Positions 30,001 to 41,821 of a stretch of 64,000 bases of DNA are shown here, one piece after another (positions within the stretch are counted from its first letter, which is position 1; the number at the start of each line of letters is the position of its first letter). The notes below the pieces were generated by a model. The model had not been told where the DNA came from, did not search any database, and saw only the letters and a program-made list of their open reading frames with translations. The translations under genes were made by a program, and so were the position numbers. The stretch is from Gordius albopunctatus (taxonomy: Eukaryota): NCBI GenBank assembly GCA_964276515.1, contig OZ193910.1:3162001-3226000 (forward strand), written 5' to 3'.

Positions 30001-33000
30001 AAAATAAATTAATCTTTTCTTCATTTCCTTGCTGATTTATAAAAAAGAAATTTGAAATATATAGCAAATATTATATTTATAATTTTGTTAATATTTATAA
30101 AATAGTAGAATTACCATTGCTATCAACGTGTTTTCTCCTTTCAAAAATAAATCAATCTCTTCTTCATTTCCTTGCTGATTTATAAAAAAGAAATTTGAAA
30201 TATATAGCAAATATTATATTTATAATTTTGTTAATATTTATAAAATAGTAGAATTACCATTCTAATCAACGTGTTTTCTCCTTTCAAAAATAAATTAATC
30301 TTTTCTTCATTTCCTTGCTGATTTATAAAAAAGAAAATTGAAATATATAGCAAATATTATATTTATAATTTTGTTAATATTTACAAAATAGTAGAATTAC
30401 CATTCTAATCAACGTTTTTTCTCCTTTCAAAAATAAATTAATCTCTTCTTCGTTTCCTTGCTGATTTAAAATAAAAAATAAATTTGAAATATATAGCAAA
30501 TATTATATTTATAATTTTGTTAATATTTATAAAATAGTAGAATTACCATTCTAATCAACGTTTTTTCCCCTTTCAAAAATAAATTAATCTCTTCTTCGTT
30601 TCCTTGCTGATTTATAAAAAAGAAAATTGAAATATATAGCAAATATTATATTTATAATTTTGTTAATATTTATAAAATAGTAGAATTACCATTGCTATCA
30701 ACGTGTTTTCTCCTTTCAAAAATAAATCAATCTTTTCTTCATTTCCTTGCTGATTTATAAAAAAGAAATTTGAAATATATAGCAAATATTATATTTATAA
30801 TTTTGTTAATATTTATAAAATAGTAGAATTACCATTCTAATCAACGTTTTTTCCCCTTTCAAAAATAAATTAATCTCTTCTTCATTTCCTTGCTGATTTA
30901 TAAAAAAGAAATTTGAAATATATAGTAAATATTATATTTATAATTTTGTTAATATTTATAAAATAGTAGAATTACCATTGCTATCAACGTGTTTTCTCCT
31001 TTCAAAAATAAATTAATCTTTTCTTCATTTCCTTGCTGATTTATAAAAAAGAAATTTGAAATATATAGCAAATATTATATTTATAATTTTGTTAATATTT
31101 ATAAAATAGTAGAATTACCATTGCTATCAACGTGTTTTCTCCTTTCAAAAATAAATCAATCTCTTCTTCATTTCCTTGCTGATTTATAAAAAAGAAATTT
31201 GAAATATATAGCAAATATTATATTTATAATTTTGTTAATATTTATAAAATAGTAGAATTACCATTCGAATCAACGTTTTTTCTCCTTTCAAAAATAAATT
31301 AATCTTTTCTTCATTTCCTTGCTGATTTATAAAAAAGAAATTTGAAATATATAGCAAATATTATATTTATAATTTTGTTAATATTTATAAAATAGTAGAG
31401 TTACCATTGCTATCAACGTGTTTTCTCCTTTCAAAAATAAATTAATCTTTTCTTCATTTCCTTGCTGATTTATAAAAAAGAAATTTGAAATATATAGCAA
31501 ATATTATATTTATAATTTTGTTAATATTTATAAAATAGTAGAATTACCATTGCTATCAACGTGTTTTCTCCTTTCAAAAATAAATTAATCTTTTCTTCAT
31601 TTCCTTGCTGATTTATAAAAAAGAAATTTGAAATATATAGCAAATATTATATTTATAATTTTGTTAATATTTATAAAATAGTAGAATTACCATTCTAATC
31701 AACGTGTTTTCTCCTTTCAAAAATAAATTAATCTTTTCTTCATTTCCTTGCTGATTTATAAAAAAGAAAATTGAAATATATAGCAAATATTATATTTATA
31801 ATTTTGTTAATATTTACAAAATAGTAGAATTACCATTCTAATCAACGTTTTTTCTCCTTTCAAAAATAAATTAATCTCTTCTTCGTTTCCTTGCTGATTT
31901 AAAATAAAAAATAAATTTGAAATATATAGCAAATATTATATTTATAATTTTGTTAATATTTATAAAATAGTAGAATTACCATTCTAATCAACGTTTTTTC
32001 CCCTTTCAAAAATAAATTAATCTCTTCTTCGTTTCCTTGCTGATTTATAAAAAAGAAAATTGAAATATATAGCAAATATTATATTTATAATTTTGTTAAT
32101 ATTTATAAAATAGTAGAATTACCATTGTAATCAACGTTTTTTCCCCTTTCAAAAATAAATTAATCTCTTCTTCGTTTCCTTGCTGATTTATAAAAAAGAA
32201 ATTTGAAATATATAGCAAATATTATATTTATAATTTTGTTAATATTTATAAAATAGTAGAATTACCATTGCTATCAACGTGTTTTCTCCTTTCAAAAATA
32301 AATCAATCTCTTCTTCATTTCCTTGCTGATTTATAAAAAAGAAATTTGAAATATATAGTAAATATTATATTTATAATTTTGTTAATATTTATAAAATAGT
32401 AGAATTACCATTCTAATCAACGTTTTTTCTCCTTTCAAAAATAAATTAATCTTTTCTTCATTTCCTTGCTGATTTATAAAAAAGAAATTTGAAATATATA
32501 GCAAATATTATATTTATAATTTTGTTAATATTTATAAAATAGTAGAGTTACCATTGCTATCAACGTGTTTTCTCCTTTCAAAAATAAATTAATCTTTTCT
32601 TCATTTCCTTGCTGATTTATAAAAAAGAAATTTGAAATATATAGCAAATATTATATTTATAATTTTGTTAATATTTATAAAATAGTAGAATTACCATTGC
32701 TATCAACGTGTTTTCTCCTTTCAAAAATAAATTAATCTTTTCTTCATTTCCTTGCTGATTTATAAAAAAGAAATTTGAAATATATAGCAAATATTATATT
32801 TATAATTTTGTTAATATTTATAAAATAGTAGAATTACCATTCTAATCAACGTGTTTTCTCCTTTCAAAAATAAATTAATCTTTTCTTCATTTCCTTGCTG
32901 ATTTATAAAAAAGAAATTTGAAATATATAGCAAATATTATATTTATAATTTTGTTAATATTTACAAAATAGTAGAATTACCATTCTAATCAACGTTTTTT

Positions 33001-34772
33001 CTCCTTTCAAAAATAAATTAATCTCTTCTTCGTTTCCTTGCTGATTTAAAATAAAAAATAAATTTGAAATATATAGCAAATATTATATTTATAATTTTGT
33101 TAATATTTATAAAATAGTAGAATTACCATTCTAATCAACGTTTTTTCTCCTTTCAAAAATAAATTAATCTCTTCTTCGTTTCCTTGCTGATTTAAAATAA
33201 AAAATAAATTTGAAATATATAGTAAATATTATATTTATAATTTTGTTAATATTTACAAAATAGTCGAATTACCATTCTAATCAACGTTTTTTCTCCTTTC
33301 AAAAATAAATTAATCTCTTCTTCGTTTCCTTGCTGATTTAAAATAAAAAATAAATTTGAAATATATAGTAAATATTATATTTATAATTTTGTTAATATTT
33401 ATAAAATAGTAGAATTACCATTGTAAAAACGTTTTTTCTCCTTTCAAAAATAAATTAATCTCTTCGTTTCCTTGCTGATTTAAAATAAAAAAGAAAATTG
33501 AAATATATAGCAAATATTATATTTATAATTTTGTTAATATTTATAAAATAGTAGAATTACCATTGTAATCAACGTGTTTTCTCCTTTCAAAAATATATTA
33601 ATCTTTTCTTCGTTTCCTTGCTGATTTATAAAAGAGAAATTTGAAATATATAGCAAATATTATATTTATAATTTTGTTAATATTTATAAAATAGTAGAAT
33701 TACCATTCTAATCAACGTTTTTTCCCCTTTCAAAAATATATTAATCTTTTCTTCGTTTCCTTGCTGATTTATAAAAGAGAAATTTGAAATATATAGCAAA
33801 TATTATATTTATAATTTTGTTAATATTTATAAAATAGTAGAATTACCATTCTAATCAACGTTTTTTCCCCTTTCAAAAATATATTAATCTTTTCTTCGTT
33901 TCCTTGCTGATTTATAAAAGAGAAATTTGAAATATATAGCAAATATTATATTTATAATTTTGTTAATATTTATAAAATAGTAGAATTACCATTCTAATCA
34001 ACGTTTTTTCCCCTTTCAAAAATAAATTCATCTCTTCCTTGTTTCCTTGCTGATTTAAAATAAAAAATAAATTTGAAATATATAGCAAATATTATATTTA
34101 TAATTTTGTTAATATTTATAAAGTAGTAGAATTACCATTCTAATCAACGTTTTTTCTCCTTTCAAAAATAAATTAATCTCTTCCTTGTTTCCTTGCTGAT
34201 TTAAAATAAAAAAGAAATTTGAAATATATAGTAAATATTATATTTATAATTTTGTTAATATTTATAAAATAGTAGAATTACCATTCTAATCAACGTTTTT
34301 TCCCCTTTCAAAAATAAATTAATCTCTTCCTTGTTTCCTTGCTGATTTAAAATAAAAAATAAATTTGAAATATATAGCAAATATTATATTTATAATTTTG
34401 TTAATATTTATAAAATAGTAGAATTACCATTTTAATCAACGTTTTTTCCCCTTTCAAAAATAAATTAATCTCTTCTTCGTTTCCTTGCTGATTTAAAATA
34501 AAAAAGAAATTTGAAATATATAGTAAATATTATATTTATAATTTTGTTAATATTTATAAAATAGTAGAATTACCATTGTAAAAACGTTTTTTCTCCTTTC
34601 AAAAATAAATTAATCTCTTCGTTTCCTTGCTGATTTAAAATAAAAAAGAAATTTGAAATATATAGCAAATATTATATTTATAATTTTGTTAATATTTATA
34701 AAATAGTAGAATTACCATTGTAATCAACGTGTTTTCTCCTTTCAAAAATAAATTAATCTCTTCTTTGCTTCT
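3050..34772 (-). repeat. 143-bp tandem array, ~220 copies; unit = 60-nt exon-like segment + 83-nt GT-AG intron-like segment
   Basis: caacg occurs at 3181, 3324, 3467, giving period 143; copy number is from length/period. Example unit: exon 3231-3172 (caa gga aac ... gca atg) and intron 3314-3232 (gtaattc...ttttttataaatcag). The array itself is certain; the exon/intron reading is inferred. Confidence 0.97.
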
Positions 34773-35071
34773 TTTAAAATTATACATTAATATTTTTACG
34801 AAAGTCTTGATTTTAAATATATATATACATTTTGAAATAATTTTTGTTAATAATTGAAGGGGTCACTTTTCCTAAAGACTTTGTTACTTTATAATATTTT
34901 TGTTATACCATTTATCGAATCCTAACATTTTAACCGACATTTCCAAATGCAACAGCCTTGCTTGGATCGTCCCTTAGGAGCATCCCTATTTTTCTTTGTA
35001 ACAATATTTGCTTTTTCATGATTCTAATTTATGTCAAAATAAACAACGATGTTTCAATCTATGCGTAGATA

Positions 35072-35657
35072 ATAGCATGTAAAGTTATTGAATTTAGGTA
35101 TAAAGGATAACTTTATATAACAACAATGAATATTCATCAAAAAAATCGGAACCAATACTTACGGAGTTGTTATTTCTGTAGGGAAACACCACATTGTTAT
35201 AAATTGCTTCTATTCTTTCGCGATATTTTATATGTTTGTCCGATATGTAGCCCTTCTCCATTAGAGACCTTTCACTGCTAGTTTGTGAAGGGGCAATTAA
35301 GCGTGATTTTCGCAAGGGGCGACTTGGAAACTTGATCGAATCGGTGTTATTTAGCTGTATTTTATAGCATGTAAAGTTCTTGAATTTAGGTATAAAGGAT
35401 AACTTTATATAACAACAATGAATATTCATCAAAAAAATCGGAACCAATACTTACGTAGTTGTTATTTCTGTAGGGAAACACCACATTGTTATAAATTGCT
35501 TCTATTCTTTCGCGATATTTTATATGTTTGTCCGATATGTAGCCCTTCTCCATTAGAGACCTTTCACTGCTAGTTTGTGAAGGGGCAATTAAGCGTGATT
35601 TTCGCAAGGGGCGACTTGGAAACTTGATGGAATCAGTGTTATTTAGCTGTATTTTAT
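35072..35657 (-). repeat. 292-bp tandem duplication covering the 3' end of the large exon and its splice donor
   Basis: 35072-35365 is nearly identical to 35364-35657. This explains why the 117-aa ORF repeats KIQLNNTDS...YKVILYT. Confidence 0.95.
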
Positions 35658-36825
35658 CGCATATGATGCTTTCAACATCATGATTCTCTTCGTTTGAATC
35701 ACTGTTTATCACTTGTGTGTTCCCTATGTTTTCGCCACTTCGTTTTTCTACAACTCTTTTAGTTTCTTCTAAGCCAGCATAATTCGTTTCAAGTGTCGCC
35801 ACCTTCGAAATGGTAGGTTGTGGGGGCCATGCGCTATCCAAATGAGCGCCCAGTATTGGCAGTAACTTGGGATAGTCTCGAGCATAGCCTTTTCCAATCT
35901 GTTTAGGAGCAGGATCATTCGCCCCTTTATTCCCTTTCTCCTGACTATATTTATCCAATGTTTTATCTCGTTCAATCATGTTATTATTAATTAGGGGTTT
36001 GGAGTTGATGGCGTCTACAATTATTTCTTCCACGACTGGATTGTTGAGGGCAGCACCTGGTTTGAGCAATTCGTCGTACATTTCAAATCCAACTCTATTA
36101 TGTTTACTCATTTTGGCATCACACTTCTTTTGATATTCCTTTTCATCCTCATCTTTCCACTTTACCAATTCATTTACTGCCTTTCTCGGGTCTTTATCAC
36201 TTTCTTTACCATTTTTACCTTGATAGACTGTGGAATTCTTTGCAGCATCCTCATCTACTTCAAATATATCATTATTTTTAGTTAGGTCGCTCTCGGCATC
36301 ATTTCTTGCCTCATGATCGTTATTTGGATTCCATTTATTTTCTGAATTTTCCTTAAATCTTTTTCCTATTTCCTGGGTTTCTTCCATGGCGATATCGTAT
36401 TCTCCGACATGTTCCCCTATCGTATTGCCGCATTCATTTGATTCAGCCATTAGATCTGGCTTCGAATCCTGCCATCTGTCATTTTTTATAATTATCTCCT
36501 TCTTTAACATAAAATTCCCGTCAATCACGTCATTGTCATTGTTATCCAACATTCCACAATATTTATCAGAATCACTCCTTCCAGGCTGCTCTTCTTCATT
36601 TGTCATTTTTCTTTTCCTTGTTAAATTTATGTCATGCAAGAATCTTGATATCTTATTCAAACGCCCATTCTTATTACTTTTTCTATCAGCTTTTTCTTTG
36701 CCATCCCTCCTATTCCCCCCAAAATTATTTTCTTCCTCCTCTTTAGCTTTCGCTCTCGCATATGAGGACCCATCATCACTCTTTTTTAAATTTCTGCATT
36801 TAAGCAATTTACAAAAGTCAAACAT
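35404..36825 (-). CDS. Large first exon of an uncharacterised gene; charged low-complexity (K/E/N/D-rich) protein
   Basis: 479-codon ORF in very AT-rich DNA. A likely phase-0 donor AAA|gttatc lies at 35403, just before the ORF stop. No recognisable domain. Confidence 0.7.
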
Positions 36826-37489
36826 TAGAAGAAAATTATTATAACAATTACATAACTTGTATGGCGTTTAATTAATATACTTAAGTGATTGTTGTTAATA
36901 TAACTAATTAATGCATACATTCAATGGCTGATTTGTTTTATAAAACATTGCAACCTTATTATTTAATATCCCTTTTCTAAATAAACACTGCAGGCATTAA
37001 TGATAGAATCCCTATACCGCATAAGACAGCAAAAATCGGCGTTCCTTAAGATGTAATAACAAATAAATACTGTTTGTATAAGCTTTAAAAGCCACGCCAG
37101 TTTTGAGGTGGTGAATCTAGATAGTATAATGATTATTTTATATGGAGATGCGTTGCGTGTTTGAAATCACGGTTTTTAGTTATCTTCAGAACTCCTATCT
37201 CTCACAATCTTTTTATAATAAATTCAAATCTTATTTATATTTGAATCTCTATTTTTAAGGAAACCTGTAGGAGTAATCATCATAGATGAAAATTTATTTT
37301 TTTATAACATTTGAAAAGCAATTTTAAATCTATTCTTACAATAAAATTTTGTAAATAAATGATATATATTTCAAATTATTAAACATTTTGATAAATACTC
37401 GATTCCACATGAAGAAATATGTTTGAAGTCATTTTTTAATTTTTATACATTATATGGGTTAGCATGTTTAGCTCTATAGCTGGGAAACT

Positions 37490-38060
37490 TACTTTTGCAC
37501 TGTAACTAGTTAAGTTACAATTCCTTCCATAAAAAATGTAACTAAAAAAATAAGTGAATACAGTTCGAGTTATTTACCTAATGTAACTAGTTACATTAAA
37601 AGGTACTCGGGAAAATTAAAAAAATCATTTATTCACATATTTGAATAAAAATCGCAGGGTAATACATGATAATTCAATTTTGATAAAACGTCATGTGCCA
37701 TATTGTCGTCTAACAAGCTTGTCCGCTTTTCATTAAACATTAGTTTACCAAGACTTAATAGGCGCTCGACGGGGGCGCTGAGTGGTAAGTGTACATTGAA
37801 TTTACAAAATAAAAAGTGTCGATTCAGGAAAATTAGCATATTAAAGATCCATCATTATTATTAGAATCAATAAAAGTGTAAATGCACTCTTGGATCCATT
37901 CCGACTTTCAGATTTCAAAAAATTGAACTTAGTAGATTCAACTAAATCCTGTCGTTCTTCCGGGTGAGGGATCCATGGATTAATATAATTAAAGGTGCCT
38001 CACATCCAATTCCTTTAACAAAGTGGATGGAGATTTGTCGCAACCAAATCATCCAAACTA
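37490..38060 (-). mobile_element. hAT transposon remnant (C-terminal dimerisation domain plus end-proximal gtaact repeats)
   Basis: The ORF segment PLSAPVERLLSLGKLMFNEKRTSLLD resembles the hAT motif S(A)..ER.FS......R..L. Repeated tgtaactagt motifs lie at 37501-37595. Confidence 0.7.
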
Positions 38061-39019
38061 TGTAAATCGTGAAATCAAAATTATTTTTAAAAAGGAGCAA
38101 AAGCAAGATGATAGGTGAAAACTCTAAACTTTACTTGAATGGCTTAGAAAGGCATAAAAATGGCAAGAATTTGAGCGATATCATAATGAAAATAAATAGG
38201 AAGGGTGGAGAAACGATGAAGGCTAGATTGAGAGTCGTCTCCTTTTCTTTCGAAGACTTAAGATGTGGGTGTATAGTATATCCATTTGTCATAGAGACTC
38301 AGATGTGCCATTCGATTTTTGCTTAGGAGGTGTTAGCTAGTTGTTGTTGTCAATGACACGCTGTGTGGTGCGTAGAGACCTGCACGGGTGCCCCGAGGCC
38401 GGCCCCGGAAATGCCCGAGCTCTAAATTTTGAGGCTTTAAAATTCCGGGCCCTCCCCCCTCCCCCTGGAGTCATATATTATGGGATTTGGGAGGTTGGAA
38501 TCTAAATCAATTATTATTGGCTTAGGTTGATATCATTATGGGAAGGTAGCTCCGTTAGGGGGAGGGATTTTACAAATTAAGATTTCCTGCAATTCTTCGC
38601 TTCCCCAGGTTCTTGGCTCACCATTTGCCAAACTGAACCCAAACATCAGCAGGTTGTGCATATCAATTGTTCAGCAAAGTCGATAAATCTTTCAATTGTT
38701 AATATTTGCATTCGGACCCTACACACGATTGTATTAGTTTTGTGATATTTTGCGTGCATATAAGCTGAAAATCGAGAAAATTTTTATAAATATGGCTTGA
38801 AATTCGTTTTTAAGGTCCAAATTTGTGTATTTTGCTTTATTGATTATCATTATTGTCAATTTGTTGGGAGTTCCCTGAATTTAGGATGGCCTAAAAACGC
38901 GTCCATGCAAAATTCTTATTAAAAGCCATACTTTTTGAAGCAGTTTTTGTTTGAGTAAACGCAAATATGATGTAAAAGTTGTGCTTGCCAATGACAAGAT
39001 TGCTTGTAGTGGGACGAAA

Positions 39020-39770
39020 TGTAGAATGCCAACCTGATAACCTCCCTTCAAATGCACTACACACATTATCTGATCATGCTTCAAGGCTGATGTTATATGA
39101 TACAATTGTAAGAAGTACAATAAATTATCTACGTTCTTTGGACAAAAACTCATTGATTATAGCTTCCGTAGGTGCAACTAAATTTCTATGAACAAACAAG
39201 AAATATATATTATAATGTATGTTTACCTTTCTTGACCAATTGTATCCCTCAGCAGGTACGTTTTAAGTCTTCTTAACGTAGAAAAACTTCTTTCATTTGA
39301 ACAGCTCGTGACTGGTAATTGTTTTTATGTTCGGGTATAACATCAGCCTTGAAGCATGATCAGATAATGTATGTAGTGCATTTGAAGAGAGGTTATCAGG
39401 TTGGCATTCTTTGAATGACTGATACCATAGCTGAATTTCAGCCTTGTATAGTTCATCATTGCCCTTTAGGTCATCACCATAAACATTGGCTAATTGTAAA
39501 GGGTTTTTAACTTTTTCTTCACACAATGTAACTGGGTGTTGTAAGAGTAAAGAATTAAATCCCTTCAGAATTTGCTTATTCTGGAGGAATCTAGAATCCA
39601 TTTCATTCAAAAATGTATCTAGAAAAACATTATACAATGTTGTTCTAAAATAAATTTCTGGGGTTTGATGGGCATTTCCTCTGGCGATTACTAGCTGACC
39701 CAAATTCTTTCATATATTTCCTATTGATCACGTAGATAATTTATTGTACTTCTTACAATTGTATCATATG
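39020..39770 (-). mobile_element. Rearranged hAT (ZMYM1/PRKRIR-like) transposase remnant
   Basis: TPEIYFRTTLYNVFLDTFLNEMDSRF, and at ~39290-39228 SFSTLRRLKTYL..TIGQER (hAT dimerisation motif). 39024-39134 is an inverted copy of parts of the same sequence. Confidence 0.8.
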
Positions 39771-40398
39771 ACATTTATAATATATTACTTATATGAATAT
39801 GATTATATTACTTTATATGTATAAATAAACTATTATTTTTTAATGATTTGGTCTCAAAAACCCCTCCAAAAAAACATTTCTATCTACGCCCCTGAGTAGC
39901 ATAAACCCTATAAAATACATAGCAAAATGAAGCATATAATATAAATTTCATAGAAATTAACAATTAAAAATTTCGAAACCCAAACATAGCAATTAATAAT
40001 AAAACTTAATAACAAACATAAAAAGTTGCAAATAATACAATAATAGGCAAAAAAAATTAATAACATTTACATTAATCGACGAAAAATCAAGGAGAGGGGC
40101 AAATCACCCCCTCCCCCCATAGGTTGATTAAAAATTTACTAAATATTAACTTTATTGTTCATTTAATAAATTAAGCATAAAAATAACATAATATTATTGA
40201 TGATTGACGTTTTTATCCGCCAATAAGAACTATTTCGACAATTTTAATCAAAATAATAAATGAGACTTGTGATGGTCAGTAGGAAGCGTAGGGCCAAAAA
40301 GTAATATTATCAATGATATTAACAAGAACAATATATTAATTTAATTAAAAAAATGGTATACAAAAAATAAAAAAATTATATACACGACTAAAAAATAT

Positions 40399-41054
40399 TT
40401 AAAAAAACGCGCTATAACTAAACGGATGGCATTGATCCGTGTGCATGGATATCGTTTTGGATTTAAAGATTTCCATTGTGATCTTTTGCCTGATAAAAAA
40501 GTATTCTTTCAAATCTAAAGAGACTCTGGAGATCGCTTTTCCAATTTGTTTCAGGAGAGCGAGAGCTTCAACGCCTAAATTTCCAATTGTGGTTGCCACT
40601 ATGGGAATGAATATTGTGTCCGCGAGGGAAAAATATTTGGCTGTCTTCCTATTCTCTGCACTGACTATAAGGTCGGGAGAGGAGTTGGATGGGGCAAATA
40701 TGTCGACCGTGGTGAAGTCACAAGTGAGATTCAGTCCACGGGACCATGGGATGAGTGTGACCCCATCTGGTCTTTTCCCATCGGTGGTGCTAAGGCCAAC
40801 GGGTTCCAAGGTGTTTGGGTAGCCAGGCCGATGATTTTGTTGATTGCCGTGTGCCTGGGGTTGCGGCCTTTGTTGTATTTGCAATGGAGGGGATGATGAC
40901 CATTGGGTTGGACCGGCTGTCTGCAGAGATCGCATACGAAAGGGGATACTATGTCGCATCCGAGACGGAGGCCTATGGCTATGCGTAACTCCTCCCCAGA
41001 CATATGGAGTCCCAAATTCCTGCTCGGGATAGCTTCGATTGAAATAAATGACAC
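40399..41054 (-). mobile_element. 5'-truncated non-LTR retrotransposon with restriction-like endonuclease (CRE/R2-type 3' end), frameshifted
   Basis: Two overlapping frames give LRIAIGLRLG..CDLC..HPLHC (CCHC finger), RH..IN, then KRPDG.TLIPWSRG..L..D.T..D and AENRKTAKY (PD-D/ExK-type RLE motifs). Confidence 0.85.
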
Positions 41055-41454
41055 TTGATTGATATTTTTGACGTTACGTTAAAGTTAACGATCACTGAAT
41101 CCAATATTACACCGTAGCGTACAGAAATCTCGAACTTTGTAAAATACCGAACGTCAATCCCGAATTGCTATTCGTTAAAAGCACAAAATAATGAGTTTTT
41201 ACGTTATATCACGTGTTTTTCACTAGCAGGGGATTGGGTGGGGATTGGGAAAAAGCATTGTTACTTTTGACGATGCCATTGTTATAACATAAGCGTTTTT
41301 AAATTTGAACGTCAATTATTCCATATTTGAATTAGAGATAACTAATTCATTTTCCACCCCCCCCCTCCTTATTTTTTACCCTCTTTCTCACCAGGGAGGA
41401 GGGGGGGAGGAGGTAATTTGCCCCTCCCCTTCTCATCAATTTTATTAACAAGGA

Positions 41455-41705
41455 TTATCAATGTTAGGTTAATTTAAAAAAAATTTGACCTCACCGAGAT
41501 TCGAACCCATATCAGTATAGTGGCATAGGCCCTTGTAGGGGGGGGGCACAGGGTATCGTACTCAGGATGGCTTAATACAATTCCAAGCAGTCGCAGTGGT
41601 AAATACGACGGAAAAAAACGAAAAGCGTTACGTTCGGTGCGTGACAAGTTCGGCGTGACAGTAAACAAATGGAAAGTGAGCCCATAAATTGCATAGCAAT
41701 TAATA
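41455..41705 (-). mobile_element. Partial copy of the Helentron/HINE-like family
   Basis: Shares ccg(a/g)gattcgaa..ggcataggcccttgtagggg with 50600-50660, and the subTIR gagcccataaattgcatagcaattaataat at ~41679. Confidence 0.6.
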
Positions 41706-41821
41706 ATTTAAAAGGGTTTTTCATTTTTAACAGTTAAATATGTTTATAATTTTAATCTGATTTTTTTAGTCGTGAATGTAATTTTTTGTACAACACTTAA
41801 TAAACATGTTTTATGTATTTA

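Noticed and set aside
3050..34772. CRISPR array
   Set aside because: No unique spacers (whole units repeat), no cas genes, and the context is eukaryotic.
3050..34772. Centromeric, nucleosome-length satellite as the full explanation
   Set aside because: 143 bp is close to nucleosome length and this is not excluded. It does not explain the exact exon/intron parse or the in-frame continuity with both unique flanks.
36100..36844. Plus-strand ORFs of 61 and 152 aa, and the antisense ORFs within 53888-56931
   Set aside because: They are shadows of the longer minus-strand coding regions.
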